Counted from the first letter of the stretch, positions 13,705 through 26,647 are shown. The stretch: DNA of 64,000 nt from Octopus sinensis (GCF_006345805.1 NC_043000.1:61256001-61320000); one strand, 5' to 3'. A program made the numbers and translations. The notes: generated by a model not told the origin, from the letters alone.

Positions 13705-13963
13705 AAGGGATACAGTGAACTTGCCGTGAGGAGTGGAATATCCAATGTTTAGAATTCATCCTTCATCAGGAGGCAGAGAAAGAGAGAAGAGAAGAGAGAA
13801 GAGAAAGAGAAAAAAGTCAGACAGAGTTTACAGCCTCTCAGCTTGAAAAACTGGCTGAGAGGATTTTTCTCTTTCTCTTCTCTTTTTCTCTGCCTCCTGG
13901 CGAAGGATTGAATCCGAAACGGTGGATATTCCACTCCTCACGGCAAGTTCACTCTAACCCCTT
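13705..13963. repeat. About 260-bp foldback (long inverted repeat) with a hammerhead-like core in each arm
   Basis: 31-bp perfect inverted match 13714-13744 / 13923-13953, a further caggaggcagagaaa match, and a central 9-bp stem 13834-13842 / 13854-13862. Confidence 0.9.
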
Positions 13964-13972
13964 CAGTTTTGT

Positions 13973-13973
<1 letters not shown>

Positions 13974-14047
<74 letters not shown>
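13974..14047. repeat. (ATCT)n microsatellite
   Basis: Direct reading. Confidence 0.95.
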
Positions 14048-14049
<2 letters not shown>

Positions 14050-14100
14050 ATATATTATAATGAAATAATTACTATGAAGCATTGTGTAGAATATATTGTA

Positions 14101-14392
14101 TAACGGATCGTGGGTAAGGTCAAAACAATGCGAAGTAAATGCAAGGTAAATCACAAGAAAACCAATATGTGAATTAAAGTAGACTTACCTTGTATTCAAT
14201 ATTTCGGTGTTATGACCCCATTTTCAAGAAATTAACGAATGTTGTCGATGTGCATTAGCGTGAACGTGTGTGGAGTGGACATGCGCTGAAAGGTGTTGCT
14301 ATAGCAACCAGCTAGCTAATTCACATATTTGTTTTCTTGTGATTTACCTTGCATTTACTTCGCATTGTTTTGGTCTTACCCACGATCCATTA
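14101..14392. mobile_element. MITE with about 76-bp TIRs in a TA context
   Basis: taacggatcgtgggtaaggtcaaaacaatgcgaagtaaatgcaaggtaaatcacaagaaaaccaatatgtgaatta matches the reverse complement of about 14318-14392 with about 4 mismatches. Confidence 0.9.
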
Positions 14393-14404
14393 TATATATA
14401 TATA

Positions 14405-14565
14405 ATGGGCTTCTTTCAGTTTCCGTTGAACAGATCCACACACTAGGCTTATGTCGATGCGTGGCTATGTAGGAGACACTTATCCAAGGTGCCACGCACT
14501 GGAAATGAACACGGAACCATGTGGATGGGAATAGAACTTCTTTTCCACAGCAACGTTTCCGCCTA
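14405..14565 (-). mobile_element. Family-B SINE 5' part (tRNA head plus CORE-like ccttgg..aagtg block), degenerate
   Basis: Reverse complement matches the 52696-52860 copy. Confidence 0.8.
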
Positions 14566-15529
14566 TATATACATTATGTTCAAAATATTTTGATAATTCT
14601 AGCAACACCACCAATTAAGCTAGTGGTAACTGCCAACCGTACTGAAAAAATGTGTACATTTCGCACGAGAAGGTTGACATTAACAACGAATTTCACAGAC
14701 GCAATGCGATTAGGCGACACATTCCCACCGCCAAGAGAGAGAAAAAGTTAAGCATGAAAAATTGTTCTTTGATGGAACAGTAATTAGAGTAAATATAGAG
14801 CACTTCTGTCACGATCAGGGCAGTAAGCCTACGCCAATTTGAGAGAGAAGAAGCGCTTATCATATGTACTGCTTTCATCTAAATTATATTTAAGTAGCTT
14901 CATATATGCGTGATAAAAGGCTGTATTTATCCTACATCTTTTGTCTTGGATGTTTCTAAAAGTAAATGTAATATGTGTGTGTGTATGCGCGTGTGTGCAT
15001 GTGCGTGTGTGCATATGTGTGTGAGTGTGTGGTGTGTGCGTATGTACTTGTGTGTACGTATGTATATTCAGAAAATGTTTTTGGTGCCTTATTGGCTTAG
15101 ATTAGGTAGGTCATTGCCCCTGAGCCTTACCAAAATGACCGAAACAAATGAGAAACAGGTAGTGTAATAAGGCCTGACGCGAGTGCATCCCTCTCAAGTC
15201 AACCAAAATGATCAGGTGCTAATGTTTAGCAGACTGGCGGATTATGATTAACACTCAGTAACTGGAACGGTCACGCATAAAGGTTTTCCACTTTCCGTGT
15301 ACCGAATTTCACTCGCAGGACTGATAGAAGGCAAATGGCAAAAACATCGAGCTGTGTGGTCGAATCTGAAATAAATAGCGCTGAAGGGAACATATTAGCT
15401 ACACAGCTATGGGTGTGTCCTATGTCTAACAGAAACAGCTCACATTTATGTTTATCTCGTTCCTCTTTCTTTCTTTCTTTCTTTCTCTTTCTGGGTGTAT
15501 GTGTTTAACCTTTCTATATATATATGCAT

Positions 15530-15635
<106 letters not shown>

Positions 15636-15898
15636 TTATGTATGTCGAAAACGTTAAACACATACACATAGGGAAACATTCATATCGAGAGTTTCATGCA
15701 TTGGCTTTTAACAAGTGATAAGTGCCAAAGTATCAATGGACGAAACTCTCGTCCCTTGACTCACTCTTTAACTTTTAGCGATTAATAAAAACGAAATACA
15801 TGGTCATGCTTTGAATTCCATTTTTCTGTTTGTAGACACACACACACACACACACAGACAGACACAGACACAGACACACACACACACACACACACCAC

Positions 15899-15935
<37 letters not shown>

Positions 15936-16029
15936 CACATATATATATATTCATTTATATTATGTTATTTGTATAAATTTTATATCATATATGTGTGTGT
16001 GTGGGCCTGTATAAGAAAATGATTTCTAT

Positions 16030-16700
16030 TACCTACGTAGATATCCCCCATCCACTTTCTTCAATTAATTCTTCAGTTGGCACAGTAGGTATCCATTTGT
16101 GATGTTAAAATCATACCAAATGCAATTCGTTTTATTTCCAATTCCTCTCTGCACGCATAAAAGCAAACTCCATTCCGAACAATGCTTCTCCAATACACTT
16201 GTGTCTCTCCTACTTTCTTGGTTGTGTATATTCATTTGATCCTCTTAGTAAGGCAATATGTCTTGGTGTTATTCCTTTTATTATCCCGAAATAATGCGTT
16301 TCCGAACTAGCTCCTATCACCATTAGACTTTTCAATCATTCTCCTTCACGGGGATCTGCTACTTTCTATAGCAACACATAACAGTCTGTCACGTTACCAG
16401 CAAGAGCAATCTATGCGATCTTGTTATCTAACTTAACTGTCGCCTTTCCTCTCAATATCTCAAAGGTGATGAAAACAGACGTAAAAATCCATTCACTTTA
16501 TTACATTTAATATAGTTCCATTGTTAACGACTATCAATACTACTATCTTAGAGTCATGAGCATGTAAATATCTACTCTCCTAATATGCACACCATTGTTC
16601 TCTAGCCTCGGGAACTTCAACGGAAAAGATGCTCCTTCATCTCATAACACTTTGACCATGCTTGGCATGGAAAGTTACTAAGTAACACATCTATTAGTTT
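16030..16700 (-). mobile_element. Highly decayed L1/Tx1-like LINE 3' fragment (possible zf-RVT C..C....E..EH motif)
   Basis: Minus-strand reading PCQAWSKCYEMKEHLFR*S followed by stop-riddled frames; recognition is tentative. Confidence 0.3.
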
Positions 16701-16872
16701 TAACTATTGCCTACTTTGAAAGCATCTTAGCTAAATTACTAAACTAGAAGCTTTAACTGAATCTACTTGTGTGCGATATGTCTTCGTATTTCCCATCAGG
16801 ACATTCCATATTTTCTGTCAATTCCATATTTTCTGTCAGTGAAAATTTCCATGTTTTCCTGACCATATGATC

Positions 16873-16973
<101 letters not shown>

Positions 16974-17828
16974 CTTGGTATCTCTTATCTACTTTCTCTT
17001 AACCTTGCTGTTACTAATGTTTCGGTTATGTCTACCGTTTTCTTCTTCCCAAATATTAACGAATTTCTTCCCCACCTTCCTTATAACTATTCCGACGTAT
17101 ATAACACTAACATTTACTTCTTGATTTAACCTAGAAATCTACCAAATACCGGAAATAGCACACGGATTTCTTTCAAATTAGAAACTACTGTCCTAAATGA
17201 TGAATGATATATCAGACCCTGCATTACTATTTACACAAAGTTGAGTTGATCATAACCTGAGCTTCTTTGGTCATAGATATGATCAACGGGTCCTGGCTTC
17301 AGTCTAATCAAGCAGAGTCTTAAAAACATTCAGCAACGCATACATGACAGCAGTCACTTTTAATATTACAAAGATACGATCACTACTCAATCTATTTCTA
17401 GCTGTATGAGCAGATTGGGAGTGACATAAGGATGGCTTTAAAGAGTGGGAGAAGTGCTAACATACCTAATGTAGTGAACCAAAGGTGTTTATTGATTTAA
17501 AATTGTCGTCGTAAAAAATAGAAAAACTCTGCAATTTGACATTTGCAATTATCTTCTCCGGTAACTAGATTGATGGGATTATTCGAATAATTGAATTTGC
17601 TACCGGGTGATTGGAGGTATCTGTGACGAAATTTCTCATCTCATAATTTTCGAGAGAATGTGAAATAATTCTTTTTGGGAATATCTCGAAGCATGCACGA
17701 AAAGCTATTAATAATACCATGTAAATATTGGGTTAAAAATCCCTTTTAGGTAGAAAAAGTCCTGTATACATGTATACATAAAAGAGATTTTAAATTTAGC
17801 ATTTACATGCTTATTATTTATAGTTTTA

Positions 17829-18685
17829 GCAGTCGGTGAACAGGCAGAATCATTAGAACGCCGAGAAAAATGATTAGCGGCATTTCATCATTCTGAGTTC
17901 AAATTCCGCTGAGGTCGAATTTGCATTTCGTTCTGACGGTTCGATAAAATGAGTACAAATCGAGCACTGAGGTCGATGTTACCGACTAGTCCCTTCCCCC
18001 GAACTTGCTGACCTTGTGCCAACATTTGAAACCATTATTTAGAGCATTAGAAGGCGGCGAATTGGCAGAACCGTTAGCATGCCGAATAAAATGCATACCG
18101 AAATTTCGTCCCTCTTTACTTCTTAGGTTCAGTTTCCGTGAAGGTTGATTTTGCCTTTCATCCTTTCGGGATCGATGCAATAAGTCTTTGTCGAGCACTG
18201 GGGTCGATGTAATCGACTAGTCGTCTCCTCTAAAATTTCAGGCCTTGTGCCTATAATAGAAAAGATTATTCACAGCTTCCTTTAGAAAGGCTGGCAGAAC
18301 CGTTACACCGCCGGACAGAATGTTTACTGCCATTTCGTCTTTACGTTCTAAGATCAAATTTCTCCGAGGTCGATTTTACCTTCTATCTTTTCAGAGTCGA
18401 TAAAATTACTGGGTCGATGCACTCGATTTACTATTCCCCTTAAAACCTGCTGGCCTTGTGCATAACTTTGAAATTATGCATAGCTTTGTTTAGAGCAATG
18501 AGATAGTAGCATGCTGGCTATTTTTTAATAGGTAGCAAGCTGGCAGAATCTTTACCGTCTTTACATTCTGAGTTCAAATTCCGCCGAGACTTTGCTTTCG
18601 GGGTCGATAAAATACATTGAAGTAATTTACTTCCTCATTCTTCAAAATTACTAGCATTATGCCAAAATGAGAAAGGATTATTTAT
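17829..18685 (+). mobile_element. Four head-to-tail family-A SINE copies with different 3' tails
   Basis: Heads at about 17829, 18051, 18288 and 18532; tails ttgctg.ccttgtgcca..atttgaaacc (c) and tttcaggccttgtgcctata.tagaaa (b). Confidence 0.9.
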
Positions 18686-19084
18686 AATTTAATGCGTGTG
18701 CTTCGTGATATTCCAGAAAGGAATTATTTGTTGGTTAAATACCTTGGAATCTATGTGACATGTAGGATAGTGAATCAGGATCAAATTTAGGAAGGCTTTT
18801 GTATTATTGAATTTCATTCAGATATCATGAATAAAGAAGATTAAAATATAGTTATGTTTTTGAGGTTTTGGTTTCAATAGCTTGGGGTGGTCTAGTTTTT
18901 CCGGGAAATTTAATTTGCTTCTACACCAACTGTATTCAGTTTCTTTCCATTTCTTTGTTTTTGTTTTATGTGAATTACTTCTGTATCGTATCTTTCTGCT
19001 TGAGAAGATAGTAAATCCGCCTCTCAATGTTCCTGTCAAGGTTCATAAACGGGGGCGATGATTGATAAAAATAAATGCCTGCCC

Positions 19085-19196
<112 letters not shown>

Positions 19197-19848
19197 GCTT
19201 ATCTATCTTTATGTATGAGTATGTATCTATGTATGTTTATGTATCTGTCTTTATGTATGCGTATGTATGTACCTAGCTATCTTTATATATGTATATGTAT
19301 GTATTTATACGTGTGCGGATGTATCTATGTGTGTGTATTGGTATTATGTCCATATATTGAAAGAAATTTGTGTATCTTCGCATATATGTTTCTGAATAAT
19401 AATATGTTATAAATGTAGAAACATGCAAACCTCATATATATTTGCATATATATAGATTCGATAAAAAAATGTGTCAATATTTCTAAGCATCCTAAAGCAA
19501 CACTTTTTGAAATTCTTCAGCATAGCTCTTCCTTTCAGAAACACTTCCAATGTATGTTCACGATATACATATATATATTGATCAGATTTAAACCAAATAT
19601 GTTCGTAGTAATATTATGGGGAATAATGCCAAATAGTAAAGATATAAGAGAAATATGGATATTCCATCTACAGAAAATATGAAATAGCCATCAAAGAAAT
19701 GCACGATAGCTGCTGCTAGTTATATAACCATGCACTTATATTAAAATGTGTGTTTGTACAATAACTCAGTTGCACTAACACACACACACACATGCAAATA
19801 AATACATAAATATATGTACACACACATTCACACACACACACACACATA

Positions 19849-19909
<61 letters not shown>

Positions 19910-20023
19910 CTCTCTCTCTATATATATATATACATCCATACATTATGTAGTTATGTATATATATATATATATGTGTGTGTGTGGGGGGGGGGTGTATTTG
20001 TGTGTGTGTGTGTGTGTGTGTCT

Positions 20024-20318
20024 GAAGGCGTAGTGGGTAGGGGCATTCGATTCACGATCGTAAGGTCGTGAGTTCAATTCACGGTGATGCGTTGTGTCCT
20101 TAAGCAAAACACTTTCTTTCACGTTGTTCCACACAGCTGGCAAAAATGAGTAGTACCTGTATTACACAATCTGTGTCACGCTGAGTCTCCCTTCGAACTA
20201 CGTTAAGAGTACACGTGACTGTGGAGTGCTCAGTCACTTGCACGTTAATTTCACGAGCAACCTGTTCCGTTGATCGCATTAGCTGGAACCCTCGTCGTCG
20301 TTGCCGACGGAGTGGTCC
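20024..20318 (+). mobile_element. Family-C tRNA-derived SINE, internally shorter variant
   Basis: tRNA-like head with gagttcaattc B-box; 3' half matches the 49649-50032 and 26703-27097 copies. Confidence 0.85.
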
Positions 20319-20321
20319 TCC

Positions 20322-20359
<38 letters not shown>

Positions 20360-20366
20360 TATGTGT

Positions 20367-20404
<38 letters not shown>

Positions 20405-20538
20405 TGTGTGTGTGTATATACTTGCTAGAGAGGCCATAGGCCTAGGATCTGAAGAAACATTGTAAAGCTAAGCGATTAATGGACGTGAAACCCAGAGTAA
20501 CCTCATAGACCGGTCATATCTGTGTATCTATCTATCTG

Positions 20539-20613
<75 letters not shown>

Positions 20614-21274
20614 CGAAGAAACAGGGAAAGCGAGAGAGAGAGAGAGAAAGGAGGAAGAGAGGGAGGGAGAAAAAGATTCGTTGATACATCAATGCACACA
20701 TATCTATGTCGATGGATTTATATTTATCAACAACATTCTCTTCGCATTTATTTATGCATTCTTTTACAAGCAGAAACAAGCAAGTAAGCTACCAAAAGCA
20801 CACGCACACAAAAACTCATAAATACACATTCATGAATACAACCGTGCACATGCACAAACACGATCACACACGTGTAGAAACTCACGTATACGCACGTAGG
20901 TGCGCGTGCACACATTCACGCGCGCATCTACATACATGACTCTGTTTGCGTGAATGATCACATAAGTTAATGAGGCTTTGTTCTTCTACTTCTGACACGA
21001 ATACAAGTCGACCAAAGAGAATCGTGTTGATATACAAACATAAATACATATGTAGGTTACGTAGCACAGTTTCTCTCTTCTGTTTGAAATGCATGCTCAT
21101 GTTGTCTAATATAATTTGTATGATGCTTTTATGCATGCACGTTCGTTCATAAGTATATATATATATAAGTGTATATATATATACATGTGTGTGTGTGTAC
21201 GTGTGTGTAAATGGAAATTATACATTTGTATGAATACATATAAGTAAAAAATTTGAAGTTGATATACACGTCTA

Positions 21275-21620
21275 CTAGATTCTGAATTCAACTTCGACTT
21301 AGCCTTCCATCTTTTCGGGGTCAATTAAATAAGTACCTATGGAGCACTGGGAATCAATGTACTCGACTTACCCTATCCCGAAATTGCTGGCCTTGTGCGA
21401 AAATTTGAAAGCAATGCATACATCTACACAAGGCGCGAGCTAGCAGAATCGTTAGCACGCCGGGCAAAATGCTTAGCAGCAGTTTGTCCATCTTTACGAC
21501 TGAGCTCAAATTCCGCTGAGGCCGATAAAATAATTACCAGTTTAGCACTAAGGTCAATATAATCGACTTAATCCTTCCTCTGAATTTGCTGGCCTTTGCC
21601 AAAATTTGAAACCAATATAT
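21275..21620 (+). mobile_element. Two tandem family-A SINEs, tail c
   Basis: Core and tail ttgctggccttgtgc.aaaatttgaaa occur twice; second copy has a head at about 21432. Confidence 0.85.
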
Positions 21621-21659
21621 ATTTACACATGTATGTGTGTGTGCGTGTTTATATATATA

Positions 21660-22168
21660 TACTAGCAGTATCGCCCGGCGTTGCCCGGGTTTGTAAGGGA
21701 AATAACTATATAAGCATTTTTAGAGAGTTACTTCCTTTATAGATGCCAATTCGGGCTTTCTTAGCCATTTCTGTTTTGGTGTCTTCAAGCCATGAAGTCG
21801 TTGTTCTAAAAGAACGCTGGTCTCATTGACAACGCATTACGACGTTGATTTCCTTAAACTCCCTTCCCCACAGCTTCACGAGGGAGGGAAGAAGGGGGAG
21901 AAGCAAACACAGGTGCAGGTGTTTGAGCGTGGACGCCAACTCTGCCGCCATCGACACACGAAAAATTATGCATTAAAATGGAATAAAAAATGATGTTAAA
22001 TTATTTTTAAAATCGTAGACTCATCGTAGACGCGCGCTAATAGCCAGACGGGCTTGATATTAATCACGACTATAAGATACCCGAATTTGGTTAAACTGCA
22101 CCGCAAAATGTGGAATCTAAATCGTAGGAGACAGACACTCACACAACTACAGTTTTATATATATAGAT
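21660..22168 (+). mobile_element. Non-autonomous Helitron-like element (Lep1/HINE-type termini)
   Basis: 5' TACTAG plus subterminal palindrome cccggcgttgcccggg; 3' agacagacac..acaactacagttttatatatatagat; inserted in (TA)n. This terminus architecture is typical of Lep1-like Helitrons. Confidence 0.7.
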
Positions 22169-22615
22169 ATATATATATGGAATTCTTTTTAGTCAGAAAA
22201 AAAAACGGTTGTGCTCATGACCCTTCTCAGGGCTTCCGAGACTGGTCAGAGGGAGTAAGTTATCCTCAAACAGTGGCCTGTCGCAAATACTTGTAATAGA
22301 GCGAACCCTACTAAAGTTATATAAGTTGCGAAGTGGTGGTGCTAAAGCGGGTGAGGGATTAAGTCTACCACCCAAGTTGAGCCGTGGGTGGGCTTTGAAC
22401 AAAGAATGCAAAGAGCAGAATAAACAATGCAAGACACTCAGTCCGAAAGTCTCATGGTTCTTGCAAACTATCGATCACAAAAGAATGAAAGGAAAAGTTG
22501 ACTCCAGCAGAATTTATACTGTGAGACGGAACATAAGTCGAGATAGTTCTGTCCAACCCTCTAAGGATCCTATCATTTAACCACCTATATATTGCTTTCA
22601 AATTTTCAAATTTTG

Positions 22616-22975
22616 ATACTAGGCCAGCAATTTCGGGGAAAGATGAAATTCAATCACACTATGTAAGTCAATTACTAGTGCTAAACTGGTACTTATTTTA
22701 TCGACCTCAAAAGAATGAATGGTAAAGTTAACTGCGAAATTTGAACTGAGAACGTAAAGATGGACGAAATGCCGTTAACCATTTTATCCGGCGCGATATC
22801 CTTTCTGCTATCTCGCCGCCTTCAGCTACCTATATATAGGTTTCAAATTTTGGCACAGGTTCAGCAATTTCAGGGTTGAGTGTATGTCGATCACATCGAT
22901 CCCGGTGCTCACTTTTTTTTTATCGATCTCGATAAAATAAACGATCTCGATAAAAGCATTTTACTCGGCACGATA
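22616..22975 (-). mobile_element. Two degenerate family-A SINEs
   Basis: Tail and core motifs recognisable. Confidence 0.75.
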
Positions 22976-22984
22976 ACGTTTCTT

Positions 22985-23516
22985 ATTTCTTTACTGCCAA
23001 TAAGGGGCTACACACAGAGGGGACAAACAAGGACAAACAAACGGATTAAGTCGATTATATCGACACCAGTGCGTAACTGGTACTTGTTTAATCGACCCCG
23101 AAAGGATGAAAGGCAAAGTTGGATTCGGTGGATTTGAACTCAGAACGTAGCGGCAGACGAAATACCTATTTCTTTACTACCCACAAGGGGCTAAACACAG
23201 AGAGGACAAACAAGGACAGACAAACGGATTAAGTCGATTATATCGACACCAGTGCGTGACTGGTACTTGTTTAATCGACCCCGAAAGGATGAAAGGCAAA
23301 GTTGGATTCGGCGGAATTTGAACTCAGAACGTAGCAGCAGACGAAATATCTATTTCTTTACTGCCCACAAGGGGCTAAACACAGAGAGGACAAACAAGGA
23401 CAGACAAACGGATTAAGTCGACTATATCGAGCCCAGTGCGTAACTGGTACTTAATTTATCGACCCCGAAAGGATGAAAGGCAAAGTCGACCTCGGCAGAA
23501 TTTGAACTCAGAACGT
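22985..23516 (-). repeat. Tandem trimer of headless family-A (tail a) SINE units, period about 183 bp
   Basis: Units start at about 22985, 23167 and 23350; junction acgaaata(c/t)ctatttcttta occurs twice. Confidence 0.95.
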
Positions 23517-24394
23517 CTTTAGACACCTATATATATTGGCAGTAAGCTTTCTCAGATTCGTATTCCGTTGTACGACGAATTTACTGAGGTTACGAACCGA
23601 GTTCTTCCGTTGGAAAGAGAAAAGCTCAAAATATCATAATAGTGAATGAAGTATTATAGTCTGCGAACATAGTGGAGGAGAATATTGAGAAAGATAAAGG
23701 AAGAAGTGGATTTATTGATTAGTGCAGATAGTAGGTGGATAATGAGTGATCTGTGAGAGAGTTACTCGCGCCTTCACGTATGTACACATAATGTCATTGA
23801 CATTACTGTATACGAATCCAGTCATCTCTAACTGACACTCTCACCCTGCTTTACGTTGACTAATAAATAATAAACCCCCTTATTTCTTCAATCCATTTCT
23901 TCCCCAAGTACTCTTTTAATTTATCTTCCTTTCTCTTTCTCTTACTTCTTCCTTCTCACTTGTTTCCAGAAGCTCTCAGTCTTCACACTTCGATAACTGA
24001 AAACAAAAGAAATAAAGAACAAAAATTCTGTCTCCGATGAATGATTCGATCCGAAACGTGAGAAAATTTTTCTCTCTGCGGCATAGAAGCTTTAAAAAGT
24101 CTATAATTTACCAATAAAATCAATTTTTCTTGTCTCACACAATCACTAAATTATCTGAATAATCTTTTGCGCATGAGTTCAACGAAAAGTTCAAGAAAAA
24201 ATTAAATTTCAGATCGATAATAATGTAAATATATATGAATTAATGTACCCGTGCTTTTAATGATGATAATATTGTGTTTATCATATAATACTTAAATGTA
24301 CTAAAAATGATAATGAAATATAGTTAAAATACATTAAAATAGGCTTAAAATTAAAAGCCAGGTTTTTACATGTTGCAATATATTTTGCATTGAA

Positions 24395-24591
24395 AGGCAA
24401 AAACGTTAGCACGCCGGGCGAAATGTTTATTCCGTCTGTCTTTACGTTCTGAGTTCAAATTCTGCCGAGGTCGACTTTGCCTTTCCTGCTTTCGAGGTCA
24501 ATAAATTAAGTACCATTTGCGTACTGGAGTCGATCTAATCGAATGGACCCATCTCCAAAAATTTCGGGCCTTGTGCCTAGAGTAGAAAAGG
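24395..24591 (+). mobile_element. Family-A SINE (tail b) with 17-bp TSD
   Basis: ATATATTTTGCATTGAA at 24378-24394 and 24592-24608. Confidence 0.95.
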
Positions 24592-24649
24592 ATATATTTT
24601 GCATTGAATGATCTTGGGACTTGCTATGTTTCTGTTTCTAGTATGTATG

Positions 24650-24686
<37 letters not shown>

Positions 24687-25377
24687 AGCCTTGAACCTGT
24701 CCTTCGAGCGGCATTCAGGCTAGTTTCTGCGGAGGGCACCTTTGAGGCCATCGGGATCCATTTGCCATGTTACTTTTTTTTTCCTTTTATTTAAACGATG
24801 AAAATTTGTAACATTTTCACGGAGTTATATGTGCTTCAAAATTGATTGTAGTAATTAACTCAGTTAATAATTTTTAGACTTGAACCTCTATTCGCACTAA
24901 GCAAGTGAAATGTATGACTATCATAGCTATCATAATTTTTGCATCACTTCGCCATTTCCGAAAAAATATTAAAATGGAATTGGGAGAAAACGAATAGGAT
25001 CCATTTCATCTCATTCTCAGTCTAGTTTATATTACAAATCTTCAGTGAGGTACTGTAACCGGAACAGGAAGATTCGTTTTCCAGCTAAACATAAGTTTCA
25101 TAAACTACAAAATATAAATATCCACACTACTACACCTGAAACGTACCTGTTATAACACTTTATCTCAATTTGAATGTACGTGAAGGTATTTAGAATACCA
25201 AAACCTATTTCTGCAAATGGGTTAAGCACTGATGCTGATCAATAAGCGTAGGAGCGAGGTAAATGCATTAAAAATAGGGGGTGGGGGTCAGTGGGGTCCC
25301 AGGTAGGCAGCCCATAAAAAACAGACCCTCTTAGAACATTCCCTGGGATTTGGAGAGTTGCTGGTTTGAGTTTATAT

Positions 25378-25429
<52 letters not shown>

Positions 25430-25454
25430 AATCCTTAAATCCTTAAAAATGTTT

Positions 25455-25640
25455 TAGCCCGAAGGCCGCGGCCATGCTGGGGCTTGGCTGCAACCATGCT
25501 GGAGCATCGCATTTAGTTGAACAAATCGACCCCAGGACTAATTCTTTGTAAGCTTAGTACTTATTCTAACGGTTCTCTTGCCAAGCTGCTAAGTTACGGG
25601 GATGTAAACACATCAACATCGGTGGGGGGACAAACAGATA
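25455..25640 (-). mobile_element. Family-B SINE 3' tail
   Basis: Reverse complement matches 52930-53100, including gcg.tgctccagcatgg. Confidence 0.85.
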
Positions 25641-25685
<45 letters not shown>

Positions 25686-25854
25686 TATTATTAAAGCTGA
25701 AAAAATATCACTGCTCTGCTACTTAAGAGTTTCACGCTCCCGTTCGTCTCTGTTCGTATATGCCTGAGCGTAAATACTAGAATATTATTTTCTATTTCAA
25801 GGTTGGAAGTATATAGAGTTACCTTAAGCAGAATTTCCAGTCATACAATCTAGG

Positions 25855-26134
25855 ATATCCAATCAAGAAACCGAGAAACAAGACACTGCATATTTGCTGG
25901 ATGTCGGGGTTGCAATTAGTGTCAGGGCTTCTGTGAGCACTGTCTACAACGTTAAGAACCGAATGTTGAATATGGGAATCATCAAGAGAAAGGAAAGAAG
26001 TGAAGGCATAAAAACGGGATAATGCATTTCTTGAATCTCTCAAAGCAAAAATTTCAAAAGACCCAACAACATCCATGAGAAAACTGTCCATGGACATGAA
26101 AGTTGGTCCAAAGACAATCAGAAATGCTGTATAC
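25855..26134 (+). mobile_element. Tc1/mariner superfamily, maT(DD37D)-like transposase N-terminal (HTH) remnant
   Basis: ISNQETEKQDTAYLLDVGV..STVYNVKNRM..IKRKERSEG / frameshift / [40 protein letters not shown]; the [10 protein letters not shown] motif is typical of maT-like transposases; catalytic domain absent. Confidence 0.65.
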
Positions 26135-26195
26135 GGAAGGAATAGGAGGAATGAAAATATAGTCTTGAGTTCAGTTGTCCAATATGGCGAATATA

Positions 26196-26265
<70 letters not shown>

Positions 26266-26327
26266 CATACATACATACATACATACACACACGGACACAC
26301 ACAGACACACACAGACACACACACACA

Positions 26328-26429
<102 letters not shown>

Positions 26430-26647
26430 ATATATATAGAGAGAGAGAGAGTTCACATTTACAGAAGACAAAAGACATAGACAGGTGATGGAACAAAAAG
26501 TAGATGTATTTGTTCGACGCTCGGGAAGAATGGAAATGCCTTTGACGTTTGAAGCCTATGCTAACCGACAGAAATGGATGAGACATCGAAAAGACAGAGA
26601 AAGAAAAATGTGTAGGGACCAACGGTTCAACATGATGAACAGACTAA

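Noticed and set aside
22985-23516. CRISPR-like regular repeat
   Set aside because: Units are whole SINE bodies with no unique spacers, there are no cas genes, and the context is eukaryotic
25276-25305. G-quadruplex candidate gggggtgggggtcagtgggg
   Set aside because: Only three G3+ tracts; the fourth is GG only
26460-26640. Continuation of the maT transposase (ORF 26485-26682)
   Set aside because: No DDD motifs; it instead matches the minus-strand hammerhead-like repeat also seen at 57100-57200
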